A stretch of 21,171 nt of DNA from the NCBI GenBank assembly GCA_937921735.1, contig CAKZTQ010000031.1, positions 1-21,171 of the forward strand. The letters are read 5' to 3'. The DNA is from an uncultured archaeon. Its GTDB lineage: Archaea; Hadarchaeota; Hadarchaeia; Hadarchaeales; Hadarchaeaceae. Each line of letters opens with the position of its first letter. The first letter of the stretch is position 1. The notes below the pieces were generated by a model that did not search any database, had not been told where the DNA came from, and saw only the letters and a program-made list of their open reading frames with translations. Positions 1 through 7,868 of this stretch are shown here, one piece after another. Both the position numbers and the translations under genes were made by a program.

Positions 1-270
1 GTAGCGGGAACACATGCTCTCCAGAGCCCTCTTCATGCTTTTCTCGCACTGTATGAAGAAGACCTTGCCCGCTCCCCTCGCCTCAACCTCGTCAGTGAAG
101 CATTTGCAGGTTAACGTCTTCCCCAATCCTTTTCCACCCTCGAGCCAAAGGTTCTCGGGCACGTCGGACTCAATGATAAATTTGAGCATATCCTGCAGTT
201 GCCTGTCGCGATGGAGCAGCCTCGGGGGTTTGAAATCTTCGGATAAGGGGGCAAACGTCTTGACCTTCAT
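1..270 (-). CDS. cdc6: Cdc6/Orc1-like AAA+ replication initiator, N-terminal part (runs off the left edge)
   Basis: Manual translation from ATG 270: MKVKTFAPLSEDFKPPRLLHRDRQLQDMLKFIIESDVPENLWLEGGKGLGKTLTCK..., open to position 1. L-x-x-x-F/Y-x-P-x-x-L-x-H-R-D/E-x-Q followed by P-x-N and a Walker A (GGKGLGKT) is the typical Cdc6/Orc1 N-terminus. Not in the supplied ORF track. Confidence 0.8.
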   Translation of the reverse strand, partial: MKVKTFAPLSEDFKPPRLLHRDRQLQDMLKFIIESDVPENLWLEGGKGLGKTLTCKCFTDEVEARGAGKVFFIQCEKSMKRALESMCSRY

Positions 271-375
271 GTGAAATCGCCCTGTGCGCGCCTATTTCAC
301 AAGTGCTGTGCGCTTAAAAGTGAAAGTGAAGGTCCGAGGTGCGACTTCTGCCTGACATGATCGACCTTCAATATT

Positions 376-508
376 GATGTGAGGGGAGAACGCGTAGCGT
401 CTCGAGCACAACCCTCACTCCCTTGGTCGATGCCGTCATACTGCCCCTCCGCGACGTGAGGTCCACCCCTCATTTACCCCTCATTTCACATAATCCTCAT
501 TTAAATGA
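376..508. other. Candidate replication origin with ORB-like repeats upstream of cdc6
   Basis: ACCCCTCATTT in perfect tandem (465-475, 476-486), third copy AATCCTCATTT (492-502), opposite-orientation TGAGGGG (380-386) and palindrome TCATTTAAATGA (497-508). The minus strand reads GTGAAATGAGGGGT, similar to the GAAA..GGGG end of ORB elements. Confidence 0.45.
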
Positions 509-552
509 TCTCACGCACCAATCTGGCGTTAAACTGGGAAAGAGGAGCGGTG

Positions 553-957
553 ATGTTGGGAAGAAACGTGAAAAAAGGTTTGAAGGTGGGGATCATTTAC
601 GCGGCATTCTTCGTCGTAGTGTGGACTTTGGCTGCCAATCTTTCGCTGCCCCCCATTCCGATGCTCGGAGGCGGGGAGGCGGATGTGACCTCCCCAGGCG
701 TTACGGAGCTTGACTGGGTGCTTACGAGCGATACGCCGCCCAAAGTTAGCGGGGCAACGTTGAAGTTTGATGACGACTTGGCGAGCGGAACGACCATTTA
801 CCTCTCAGTTCTGAATGATGCGGGCACGGTGCTGGCCTCGGGATCTAAAACCCTTACATCAAAACTCCCTGAAGGCGACCCAGTGACCGTGAATCTCGAT
901 GACGAAGTTCCACCCGAACAGATCTATAAGGTTGCAGTGACCGTCGTAGGTTCGTAG
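553..957 (+). CDS. Secreted single-domain beta protein; candidate SipW-processed (TasA/AbpA-like) fibre subunit
   Basis: ORF 505-957. Likely start is ATG 553, after GAGGAG and TTTAAA at ~500. Basic plus hydrophobic signal ending WTLA, then ANLSLPPIPMLGGGEADVTSP. Aligns over its whole length with the N-terminal domain of the next gene. Confidence 0.6.
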   Translation: MLGRNVKKGLKVGIIYAAFFVVVWTLAANLSLPPIPMLGGGEADVTSPGVTELDWVLTSDTPPKVSGATLKFDDDLASGTTIYLSVLNDAGTVLASGSKTLTSKLPEGDPVTVNLDDEVPPEQIYKVAVTVVGS

Positions 958-994
958 AAGGCCGAATAAGCGAGTTTGCTGAGCGTGATGATTC

Positions 995-2431
995 TTGCGC
1001 GTAAAGAAACCCGCCGCCCCCCTTCTTTTTCTGCTCATGATGTTAGTTACTCTTGTAACCGCTGCACAGTTGCAGCTCCCCCCGATACCGATGCTCGGAG
1101 GCGGGGAGGTGGAGGTGTCCTCCCCCGCAGCCGTTGCGAGCATAAAATGGTTAACGCATTACTACGGCGGAATCCCGAAAGTTGACGGGGTCAACGTAAC
1201 TTTTTTAGGTCCCTTGGCGGGCGGTACCGAAATATATGCGGATCTTCTCGATAGTGCAGGCAGCAGCGTGGCATCCGGCTCAGCAATATTAACATCGGAA
1301 CTGCCAGCCGGGATTCCGGTCACTATATCGACAAGCCCGCCTGCCAACGCATCCGTAGTTTATAAGTTGAGGCTAACGGTCATCGCTCCTGCGCCTCAAA
1401 ATGCGAACGTGACGTTCAGCGCGACAGGGTTGGGCGCAGATGCTGATGGAATAGTTCTGACAGTCGATGGCGGAAGCTACGCCTATTCGAGCCTACCTAA
1501 GACGTTCACGTGGGCTGTTGGAAGCCAACACACCTTCTCGTGGACTGACCCGGTTACTGCGGGAAGTGCGGGGAAGCGTTACGTATGGGCCTCAACAAGC
1601 GGCCTTTCAACGCTTAAAAGCGGAACAATAGAGGTTCCCGCGGGCGGCGGGGCAGTGACCGCCAATTATGTGACCCAATATAGGCTTACGATAAGCGTTA
1701 GCCCAAGCGGCGCCGGCACAACAACTCCTGCGCCTGGCAACTATTGGCACAACCAGTCAACCTCAGTCCAGGTTTCAGCCACTCCAAACCAGGGATACAT
1801 CTTCAGCCATTGGCTACTTGATGGAAACTATGCGGGCTCCAGCAGCACGATAACGGTGCAGATGAACAGCGCCCATGAGTTAGTGGCCGTGTTCCTGCAA
1901 GTCGTTTCGCAGACAAGGTACTTCGGCTACCACAGCCATACGGTAAACGGCTTGAATGCGATTAGGCTCATAACGACCCCTGACGTCTCGTATTTACGTG
2001 AGGGCGACACATCAATAGTTGATCAGGCCATAACTATCAGCTGGGGGATACGGGTGTGGAAGCGCTCTTCCTCAGGAGTTGAAACTGAGATAACGTCCGG
2101 AACGCCGGTGGCGCTTGTTTCAAGGAACAGTAACGGACAGGGTATGCAGTCGGCGACGTGGAGCTGCCCAGAAGTTGACCTGAACCCGACGGACTCAATA
2201 GTTGTGCGAGTATACATGGATTTTGAGGGCTGGCGCCTCCTACAGATCTTCACAACCGAACAGCTCAACGCGGAGCAGCTTCGTCCTTCAACGTGGACGG
2301 TTTATTACTACACTTACTATAACCTGCGCTTACTCGGGGGAGAAGAAGGCGACCTGTACCTCACTGTCTTCTTCTACCACGGCAACTCGGCCTATCCCAG
2401 CCGCATTGAGGGTTTCACATGGGCAGGCTAG
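995..2431 (+). CDS. Secreted multidomain protein: paralogous fibre-subunit domain, surface repeat modules (including an InlB B-repeat-like unit) and a C-terminal aromatic-rich domain
   Basis: Signal peptide ending LVTA, then AQLQLPPIPMLGGGEVEVSSP. Modules VTFSATGLGADADGIVLTVDG..LPKTFTW and GTTTPAPGNYWH..ATPNQGYIFSHWLLDG. Ser/Thr-rich with many N-x-S/T sequons. Confidence 0.7.
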   Translation: MRVKKPAAPLLFLLMMLVTLVTAAQLQLPPIPMLGGGEVEVSSPAAVASIKWLTHYYGGIPKVDGVNVTFLGPLAGGTEIYADLLDSAGSSVASGSAILTSELPAGIPVTISTSPPANASVVYKLRLTVIAPAPQNANVTFSATGLGADADGIVLTVDGGSYAYSSLPKTFTWAVGSQHTFSWTDPVTAGSAGKRYVWASTSGLSTLKSGTIEVPAGGGAVTANYVTQYRLTISVSPSGAGTTTPAPGNYWHNQSTSVQVSATPNQGYIFSHWLLDGNYAGSSSTITVQMNSAHELVAVFLQVVSQTRYFGYHSHTVNGLNAIRLITTPDVSYLREGDTSIVDQAITISWGIRVWKRSSSGVETEITSGTPVALVSRNSNGQGMQSATWSCPEVDLNPTDSIVVRVYMDFEGWRLLQIFTTEQLNAEQLRPSTWTVYYYTYYNLRLLGGEEGDLYLTVFFYHGNSAYPSRIEGFTWAG

Positions 2432-2460
2432 GCGGGAACTGTAGGTTGCAGGTGTAGCCT

Positions 2461-2904
2461 ATGGGGAAAGTCAGCGTGATGCTGCAAGCCGCACTCCTCT
2501 CTTTCCTCCTAGCCTTCATTTTCCTGGAGTTTGCAGGCTTAGTCACCGTGGCGATAGTTGCGACGCCTTCCATGGAGCCTTTTTTGCCTAAGGGGTCGGC
2601 TGGCGTATTCGTTAAGGCAGGAAAATACGAGGTTGGCGACATCATCATCTTCAGGGTTCACGGTTGCCTTGTGGCCCACAGGGTTGCAGCTGAAACTAAA
2701 AATGGTTTCAGGACGAAGGGGGACCATAACGGCGTCTTGGATCCATGGGTTGTTACTGAAGACGCCATCCTTGGAAGGCTCGTCCTGTCCGTGCCGATGC
2801 TCGGCTACGCCATCTACATCTTACGCTCGCCATTGATCTTTGCCGCGGTCTCAACCGCCATCCTCATGATCTTCACATGGGACGCTTTCTGCGGCGAAGC
2901 GTGA
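2461..2904 (+). CDS. Signal peptidase I, S26B (SipW/Sec11-type)
   Basis: N-terminal TM, catalytic Ser in TPSMEP, GDIIIF, His in VAHRV, TKGDHN..DPW and a C-terminal TM. Confidence 0.9.
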   Translation: MGKVSVMLQAALLSFLLAFIFLEFAGLVTVAIVATPSMEPFLPKGSAGVFVKAGKYEVGDIIIFRVHGCLVAHRVAAETKNGFRTKGDHNGVLDPWVVTEDAILGRLVLSVPMLGYAIYILRSPLIFAAVSTAILMIFTWDAFCGEA

Positions 2905-3030
2905 CAACCTCCGGGGTTCAGATGCGCAATTCGAAGAAGAGGGCGACGATTCCGCAACCCTGGCAATATTGCTTTGAGTTTTCATGACTCCAATTTTAAC
3001 GTTCACTTCACTTCAAATTGTGGTGAAAAA

Positions 3031-4143
3031 TTGCACCGCTATGGGAAAGGAATGAGCGCCCTGCTGAGCACCGCAGTTCTCATCATAATATGCGTTTCGG
3101 GAGGGCTGCTCCTCTACACCATTTTGAGCGGCAGATTGCAGTGGGCGGATGAAGGGCTTTCAATAGAGTCCGCTGATCTGGTGAAGCAGACCGATGGATG
3201 CGTGACCTTCGCAATAATAATAAAGAATGTTGGCGGAAAAACTGTGAAAACGCTTATTTTGACGCTTGATGGGGAAGAACAAGTTTCAACCAATATCGTT
3301 TTGGAACCTCGCAAGTCCACGTCCCTCGTTCTGAGCAGCAGCCAACTCACCAAAGACTATGTTGTGGGAAACGTCTACACCGTGACAGTTGAAGCTATAT
3401 TCGTGGATGGGAGCGCGCGCTCGATTACGACATCTTTGAGATGTCGAGGCTGTGGCAGCTCAATTAGAAGGGAAACTGAGGAGGAGGGTGGAGGGGAGGC
3501 TGAGGGCGAGCAGATAGACTTCGCAATCTCCCTGTCCCCATCAGGGACCAAGCTTTTGCCAGGTGAAAGTAACTTCACAGTACTGAGGATTTCATTATTG
3601 AACGGGACATCCGCAGATGTAACGCTCTCAACATCAGGTCTCCCGCCAGGTGTATCTGTAGAGTTCAGCCAAAATCCATTAACAGTTTCCCAAGGTTCTC
3701 CTGCCTCGTGCATCATGAATGTGGCGACGGACGCTACTGCGCCGGTCGGTAACTATGCCGTTGAAGTCATTGGAACTGTGGGAACGCTGAGAAGAAAAGT
3801 GATATATACTCTCATCATAATCGAGGAAGGGGGCCTTCTACTATCGCTCAAGGACCAGGACTTCTGCTTCGGCTTCACGAACGGCTTGTCCGATCAATGG
3901 TTTGATGAAAAACAGGCGAAAACTTACATGTTTCAATTTAGCTACTACTTGGAGTATGAGGCAATGGGCTCACCGTCCGGCCCATCCCAGCAGAATAATG
4001 CAATAATCTACGTTTGGGGAGCCGACTTCATATTCGGATGGGGCGATGAGGTTTACGTCTACAGGTACTCCACGAGCGAGGCAATGAATCCGGAAAGCTC
4101 CAGCAACATATACGCGAACCTGCTTCCGCCGCCTGAAATTTGA
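3031..4143 (+). CDS. Type IV pilin-like protein (class III signal) fused to an Ig-like domain and a C-terminal extension
   Basis: ORF 2974-4143. Likely start is TTG 3031 after GGTGA. KG/MSALLSTAVLIIICVSGGLLLY class III leader. Pilin domain aligns with 16873-17322, followed by an acidic Gly/Glu linker and DFAISLSPS..GLPPGVSVEF..APVGNY. Confidence 0.75.
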   Translation: MHRYGKGMSALLSTAVLIIICVSGGLLLYTILSGRLQWADEGLSIESADLVKQTDGCVTFAIIIKNVGGKTVKTLILTLDGEEQVSTNIVLEPRKSTSLVLSSSQLTKDYVVGNVYTVTVEAIFVDGSARSITTSLRCRGCGSSIRRETEEEGGGEAEGEQIDFAISLSPSGTKLLPGESNFTVLRISLLNGTSADVTLSTSGLPPGVSVEFSQNPLTVSQGSPASCIMNVATDATAPVGNYAVEVIGTVGTLRRKVIYTLIIIEEGGLLLSLKDQDFCFGFTNGLSDQWFDEKQAKTYMFQFSYYLEYEAMGSPSGPSQQNNAIIYVWGADFIFGWGDEVYVYRYSTSEAMNPESSSNIYANLLPPPEI

Positions 4144-4197
4144 GGGGGAAGCCGTGACTCACACTTTAATATCCTTGTGCCAAAAAGGTTTGGTGAG

Positions 4198-5301
4198 ATG
4201 GGGAAAATGAAAACAACTAATGCAATAAGGTCGCTACTTGTGCTCCTAACGTGCATGTTGATGTTATCTCAGGTGTCTGTTGCCTTCAGTTCCAAGTCCA
4301 GCATCGCCCCGATATCTGACGAAGCGCTCCCAACCAGCATGGATTTGGAATTGACGCCTCCGCCGGACGAAGCTCTGATAGTTCCAACTCCAAAATGCGA
4401 GTCGCCCTCGCCTCACGCATCTCTGTTGCTGATAGCGGTCGCTTCAATAGCTATTTCCGCCACCATCCTCATCAGGAAGGCGAGGGCTAGGTGGATGATT
4501 CCCGTGGCCATGTTGGTGGTGGCGACCACTCTCTTAGCGTCCCCTCTGCCCGCTCATGCGGTTGACTTCGGCAACCCTCTGGACACCTCCAACATGATGC
4601 TCTTTGCCTATTATTACGACCAAAACGGGTGGGTGTTGGCTGACACCGTCACTGCCTTCGAGAACTACACGAATCATGGGAACTATTATGATGGGTGGGT
4701 GCGCGTATGGATGGATGTGAAGGACACCACCTTTATTGGCACCGAGTTTTACGTTGACGTTCGCGTGAGGGTGAGGAGCGATGGATGGATCCTTGCATGG
4801 TTGACGAGGGATCAGTCATACGCGTACATCGTGTTCTGGGGACGTAAAATCACTACGGCAGGACCGCCGGTAACCAGCGCAACCGTCCCCTCACGGGCAA
4901 TCCACAGGGTCTTCTACGCCTCCAAAAAGACGTTCCCGGGATATGGCGCCATAAAACTTTATGACTTCACGCACCCGACCGCGAGGAAATTGCTGATCTT
5001 CGGCAAGTCCATTTCTTCTGGCAGCGCTGCCAACGTTTACTTCTATTACACCATCCCGGCAGGCATTCAAGTAATGGATGCGACTACAAGCGTTTCTTAC
5101 TACGAATCTTCTTCCTCGTATTGGGGAAAAATAAACCTCGACGGTGCCACGGTCATCAACCTTGATGCGACAACCTACTGGCGCTCATTCGACTGGCCTC
5201 TATCCGCCTTCACTACTGAAGTGAAGCACACAATTCACTTGCAAGTATCCACAACGACCGGGAGCATCTACATTAATTTCGCGCTCATCCTTTGGCTGTG
5301 A
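4198..5301 (+). CDS. Hypothetical secreted/membrane protein with two signal-peptide-like segments
   Basis: ORF 4177-5301 with GGTGAG before ATG 4198. N-terminal signal, Pro-rich spacer, TM, RKARAR, second hydrophobic stretch ending PAHA, then a Trp/Tyr-rich domain. Confidence 0.65.
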   Translation: MGKMKTTNAIRSLLVLLTCMLMLSQVSVAFSSKSSIAPISDEALPTSMDLELTPPPDEALIVPTPKCESPSPHASLLLIAVASIAISATILIRKARARWMIPVAMLVVATTLLASPLPAHAVDFGNPLDTSNMMLFAYYYDQNGWVLADTVTAFENYTNHGNYYDGWVRVWMDVKDTTFIGTEFYVDVRVRVRSDGWILAWLTRDQSYAYIVFWGRKITTAGPPVTSATVPSRAIHRVFYASKKTFPGYGAIKLYDFTHPTARKLLIFGKSISSGSAANVYFYYTIPAGIQVMDATTSVSYYESSSSYWGKINLDGATVINLDATTYWRSFDWPLSAFTTEVKHTIHLQVSTTTGSIYINFALILWL

Positions 5302-5398
5302 CGATGATCCGGCACACCCTCATGACCTGATGCCCTCTCCATGGCTGAGGTCGGAAAGCTCCAACGCCCGGCATTCATTCCCTGCTGAAACCGTAGGC

Positions 5399-5430
5399 TT
5401 TTTAATTAATCCCTTTTTTAATTAATCCCT
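5399..5430. repeat. Perfect 2 x 16-bp tandem repeat TTTTTAATTAATCCCT (possible T-rich terminator or binding site)
   Basis: Copies at 5399-5414 and 5415-5430, each containing the palindrome TTAATTAA. Confidence 0.9.
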
Positions 5431-5449
5431 TAATCGCACTGTCCTTGCG

Positions 5450-5465
5450 GCATTTTTAAAAATGC
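5450..5465. promoter_or_regulatory. Perfect 16-bp palindrome GCATTTTTAAAAATGC containing the probable TATA box of the parB-like gene
   Basis: Read directly. The TTTAAA core lies about 25-30 bp upstream of GTG 5484. Confidence 0.6.
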
Positions 5466-5483
5466 ACGAACCCAGATTTTTCG

Positions 5484-6302
5484 GTGAAGCGCTTGGACGA
5501 AGTTTCGGCGGTAGTGGTCAGCTTGGACAGCCTTGAGCTCGGCGCCTTCACTCCGAGGCTGATGTTCGATGAGGGCTGGATTAAGGAGCTTGCGGAGGAC
5601 ATTTCGAGGAACGGGCAGCTCAAGCCCATAATCGTGAGGCCCCACCCCTCCAAGCCGGGGTTCTACCAGGTTATCGATGGGGAGCACAGGGTCAGGGCGC
5701 TTGGGCTGCTGGGCATGACGCAGGTGCGAGCTGAGATCCGCCAGCTCTCCGACGAGGAGGCTGTCTTTCTCGCCATGAGGGTGAACGAGCTCCACGGCAA
5801 GCGCCTGAGCGATCTTGAGGAGGGCTCACATATGCTGAAGCTAAACGTTGAGTTCGGCTGGACCCAAGAGAAGATCGCTGAGAAGCTCGGCAGGAGCCAA
5901 CAGTGGGTGAGCGACAGGATCAGGATAGCGAAAAACATGTCTGAAGATTTGAGATTTTACCACGCGCGTGGTAAAATCTCCCTAGCCCACGCGAGGGAAA
6001 TCGCTGAGCTCCCGAGGGAAGTTCAGCCCGAGATCGTCAAGAAGGTTGTTGAGGAAGGCCTGAGCTCGAGGGAGACGGCCCTGCTCACGCACGCGCTGAG
6101 GAGGGCTGAGGGCGAGGATGAGAGGAGGCGAGTCCTCCAAGCGCCAGTCAAGGCCCTGACCGAGGCCTACGAGGAGCCAGCAAGGGTAGTTGAAACAGTC
6201 CTTTCCAGGAAGGAGGAGATTATTGAGACCTTCACGTGCCCAGGCTGCGGGAGGAAAGCGACCGTTGACTGGGTTGAAAGGAAGCTCGTGTGGGGTGAGT
6301 GA
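5484..6302 (+). CDS. parB: ParB/RepB/Spo0J-family protein
   Basis: IKELAEDISRNGQLKPIIVRP..YQVIDGEHRVRA (ParB N-domain, GxxR), EN-like VNELH, HTH WTQEKIAEKLGRSQQWVSDRIR, GKISLAHAREI and a C-terminal CPGC. Confidence 0.9.
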   Translation: MKRLDEVSAVVVSLDSLELGAFTPRLMFDEGWIKELAEDISRNGQLKPIIVRPHPSKPGFYQVIDGEHRVRALGLLGMTQVRAEIRQLSDEEAVFLAMRVNELHGKRLSDLEEGSHMLKLNVEFGWTQEKIAEKLGRSQQWVSDRIRIAKNMSEDLRFYHARGKISLAHAREIAELPREVQPEIVKKVVEEGLSSRETALLTHALRRAEGEDERRRVLQAPVKALTEAYEEPARVVETVLSRKEEIIETFTCPGCGRKATVDWVERKLVWGE

Positions 6303-6790
6303 GCGTGGACGGCGGCAGAACCTTGGCCGAGCTTGAGAGGATAGACGGGGTGGTTGGGGAAGGGAAGCTTTCCAAGGAAGGCATGGCGAAGCTGCGGGAA
6401 ACGTTCGGCGCAAGGTTCACAGCCGCGCTGAGGCTCGTCAGGCGAGGATGCGTTAAAAAGTACGTTTTCAAGCCCAGCGGTCGGGTCCGGTGGATAGTTG
6501 TGGGCAACGAGAGGGAGTACCTTATATACGATAGGGCCCCGTACTGCCACTGCGACGACTTCTACCTCTCAGTAATGAATGGAAGCGCGAAAGCATGCAA
6601 ACACCTGATAGCTCAGAGGCTCGCCTCGCAATTGGGGTTGTACGAGGTCGAGGAGGAAAGTGACGAAAAATACGTCAGGCTCCTCGAAGAATGGAGAAAG
6701 GTTGATGCCCTGCCGAGAACGAAAGGACCCAATGTGGCTGGCGGGCGACGATCCCGGTGGAGTGGCGATGAAGTACACAGTCCATATTGA
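6299..6790 (+). CDS. SWIM zinc-finger protein
   Basis: YCHCDDFY..ACKHLIA matches CxC-xn-CxH; WIVVGNEREYLI is typical of small archaeal SWIM proteins. GTGA overlap with the parB stop. Confidence 0.85.
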   Translation: MSVDGGRTLAELERIDGVVGEGKLSKEGMAKLRETFGARFTAALRLVRRGCVKKYVFKPSGRVRWIVVGNEREYLIYDRAPYCHCDDFYLSVMNGSAKACKHLIAQRLASQLGLYEVEEESDEKYVRLLEEWRKVDALPRTKGPNVAGGRRSRWSGDEVHSPY

Positions 6791-7319
6791 CCTGACTCAG
6801 CCACTCCCCGCCCACGCGAACGCGCTGCTTCACGGCAGGGAGCTGATGCTGCTGGACTCGAATGTGTTGATTGCCCTCTCCTATGGGGCTGAAGAGGAGT
6901 GGGTTAGGAGGATTCTGGTCGAGTGGAGGAGGTATGGGGCTAAGGCTGTCTGCGGGATTTGCGACTTCATCCACAAGGAGGCCATCAACGCCGAAAACTG
7001 GATGATTGGCCGCGTCACAGTGGGATCCTTCCTCAAAAAGATTGCGGAAAGCCGAGATGGGATGTATATTGAGGTTTCAACGACCATAAAGGATGTGAAT
7101 GCAGACGGCAGGGCGGAGTTCCTCGACCTCCTCCCGAAACAACAGAGGATCCGTCTCATTAAAAGCTGGGATGTCTCGCCAACCGACAAATGTCTCCTTG
7201 TGGTGGCAGTATACCTTGGCTGGAACGGGGTTAACGCCTCGGTCAGAACCCGCGATCGCGCCCTAGTCGACCTGTGCAAGGAGTTTGGCATCAGGACTTG
7301 GCCATACCTCTCAGCTTAA
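6768..7319 (+). CDS. PIN-domain protein (putative ribonuclease)
   Basis: ORF 6660-7319, likely start ATG 6768. LLDSNVLI, IHKEA, SPTDKCLL and TRDRAL give the PIN acidic-residue pattern. Confidence 0.75.
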   Translation: MKYTVHIDLTQPLPAHANALLHGRELMLLDSNVLIALSYGAEEEWVRRILVEWRRYGAKAVCGICDFIHKEAINAENWMIGRVTVGSFLKKIAESRDGMYIEVSTTIKDVNADGRAEFLDLLPKQQRIRLIKSWDVSPTDKCLLVVAVYLGWNGVNASVRTRDRALVDLCKEFGIRTWPYLSA

Positions 7320-7521
7320 TAATCTCAGTAAGGTCCAGCTTCCAACCACCAAGATCGGGTTCTGAGCTACGTAGTCTCTGATAGACACGTTAGCTCTCGA
7401 GCTCCATCAACCGTTCCGGGTTCATTGGCGATCCCTTTCTGATTATCGGTCAATTGCTAACGCTTTTTTCTTGCTGCCACACATTTGGAAAAATGCGGGT
7501 GGGGAAAGGCCAGCTGTCAGC

Positions 7522-7731
7522 TTATCTCCCTTTAATCTTTTTTAGACGTTCCCGCTCGATTTTCTCAATGCATGCTTCTCGGGCGAATGAGGATCGGCTT
7601 GGCCAGTGGCCGCACTTCTCAATGAGTTTATCGATTTCCTCAAGAACGGGCATGGGGATGGAGGCCGCTCCGAATTCAACTCGGGCTCTTTTTTCACGTT
7701 TCTCAGCATTTGGACCTCTCACGTTGCTCAT
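7522..7731 (-). CDS. Ribbon-helix-helix (CopG/MetJ-like) DNA-binding protein
   Basis: ORF 7522-7872, probable start ATG 7731 (uncertain). AASIPMPVLEEIDKLIEKCGHWPSRSSFAREACIEKIE fits the archaeal RHH pattern. Confidence 0.8.
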   Translation of the reverse strand: MSNVRGPNAEKREKRARVEFGAASIPMPVLEEIDKLIEKCGHWPSRSSFAREACIEKIERERLKKIKGR

Positions 7732-7868
7732 CTCGCTGCTCTCATGATGTATCATTCTGCCTCGCTTCGAAGGTGTGAACCGTGAAAGATGGGGCGGCAA
7801 CCGACGGGTCTCTGAGCCGCGAAGCATCGCCAGAAGCGAGAATCTCCCGGCTTCAGCCGTGGAGAGTG

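Noticed and set aside
14-274. Plus-strand 86-aa ORF in the track
   Set aside because: Shadow of the minus-strand cdc6-like frame, which carries a recognisable Walker A.
658-1109. 22-bp identical repeat as a shufflon or recombinase site
   Set aside because: It encodes the conserved PMLGGGE motif of two paralogues in direct orientation. Other shared modules are diverged at the DNA level, so there is no evidence of active shuffling.
4141-4197. ORFs 2974-4143 and 4177-5301 are in the same frame and separated by a single TGA (readthrough or selenocysteine?)
   Set aside because: The downstream gene has its own CTTTAAT motif, GGTGAG RBS and signal peptide. Same-frame adjacency is expected one time in three, and no SECIS-like element was recognised.
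7320-7521. Intergenic gap inspected for a tRNA, att site or small gene
   Set aside because: No tRNA T-arm motif seen, and the frames checked are short and without motifs.
6768-7731. PIN plus RHH as a classic vapBC toxin-antitoxin operon
   Set aside because: The genes are convergent and about 200 bp apart rather than an antitoxin-first overlapping pair. Pairing is not supported, though not excluded.
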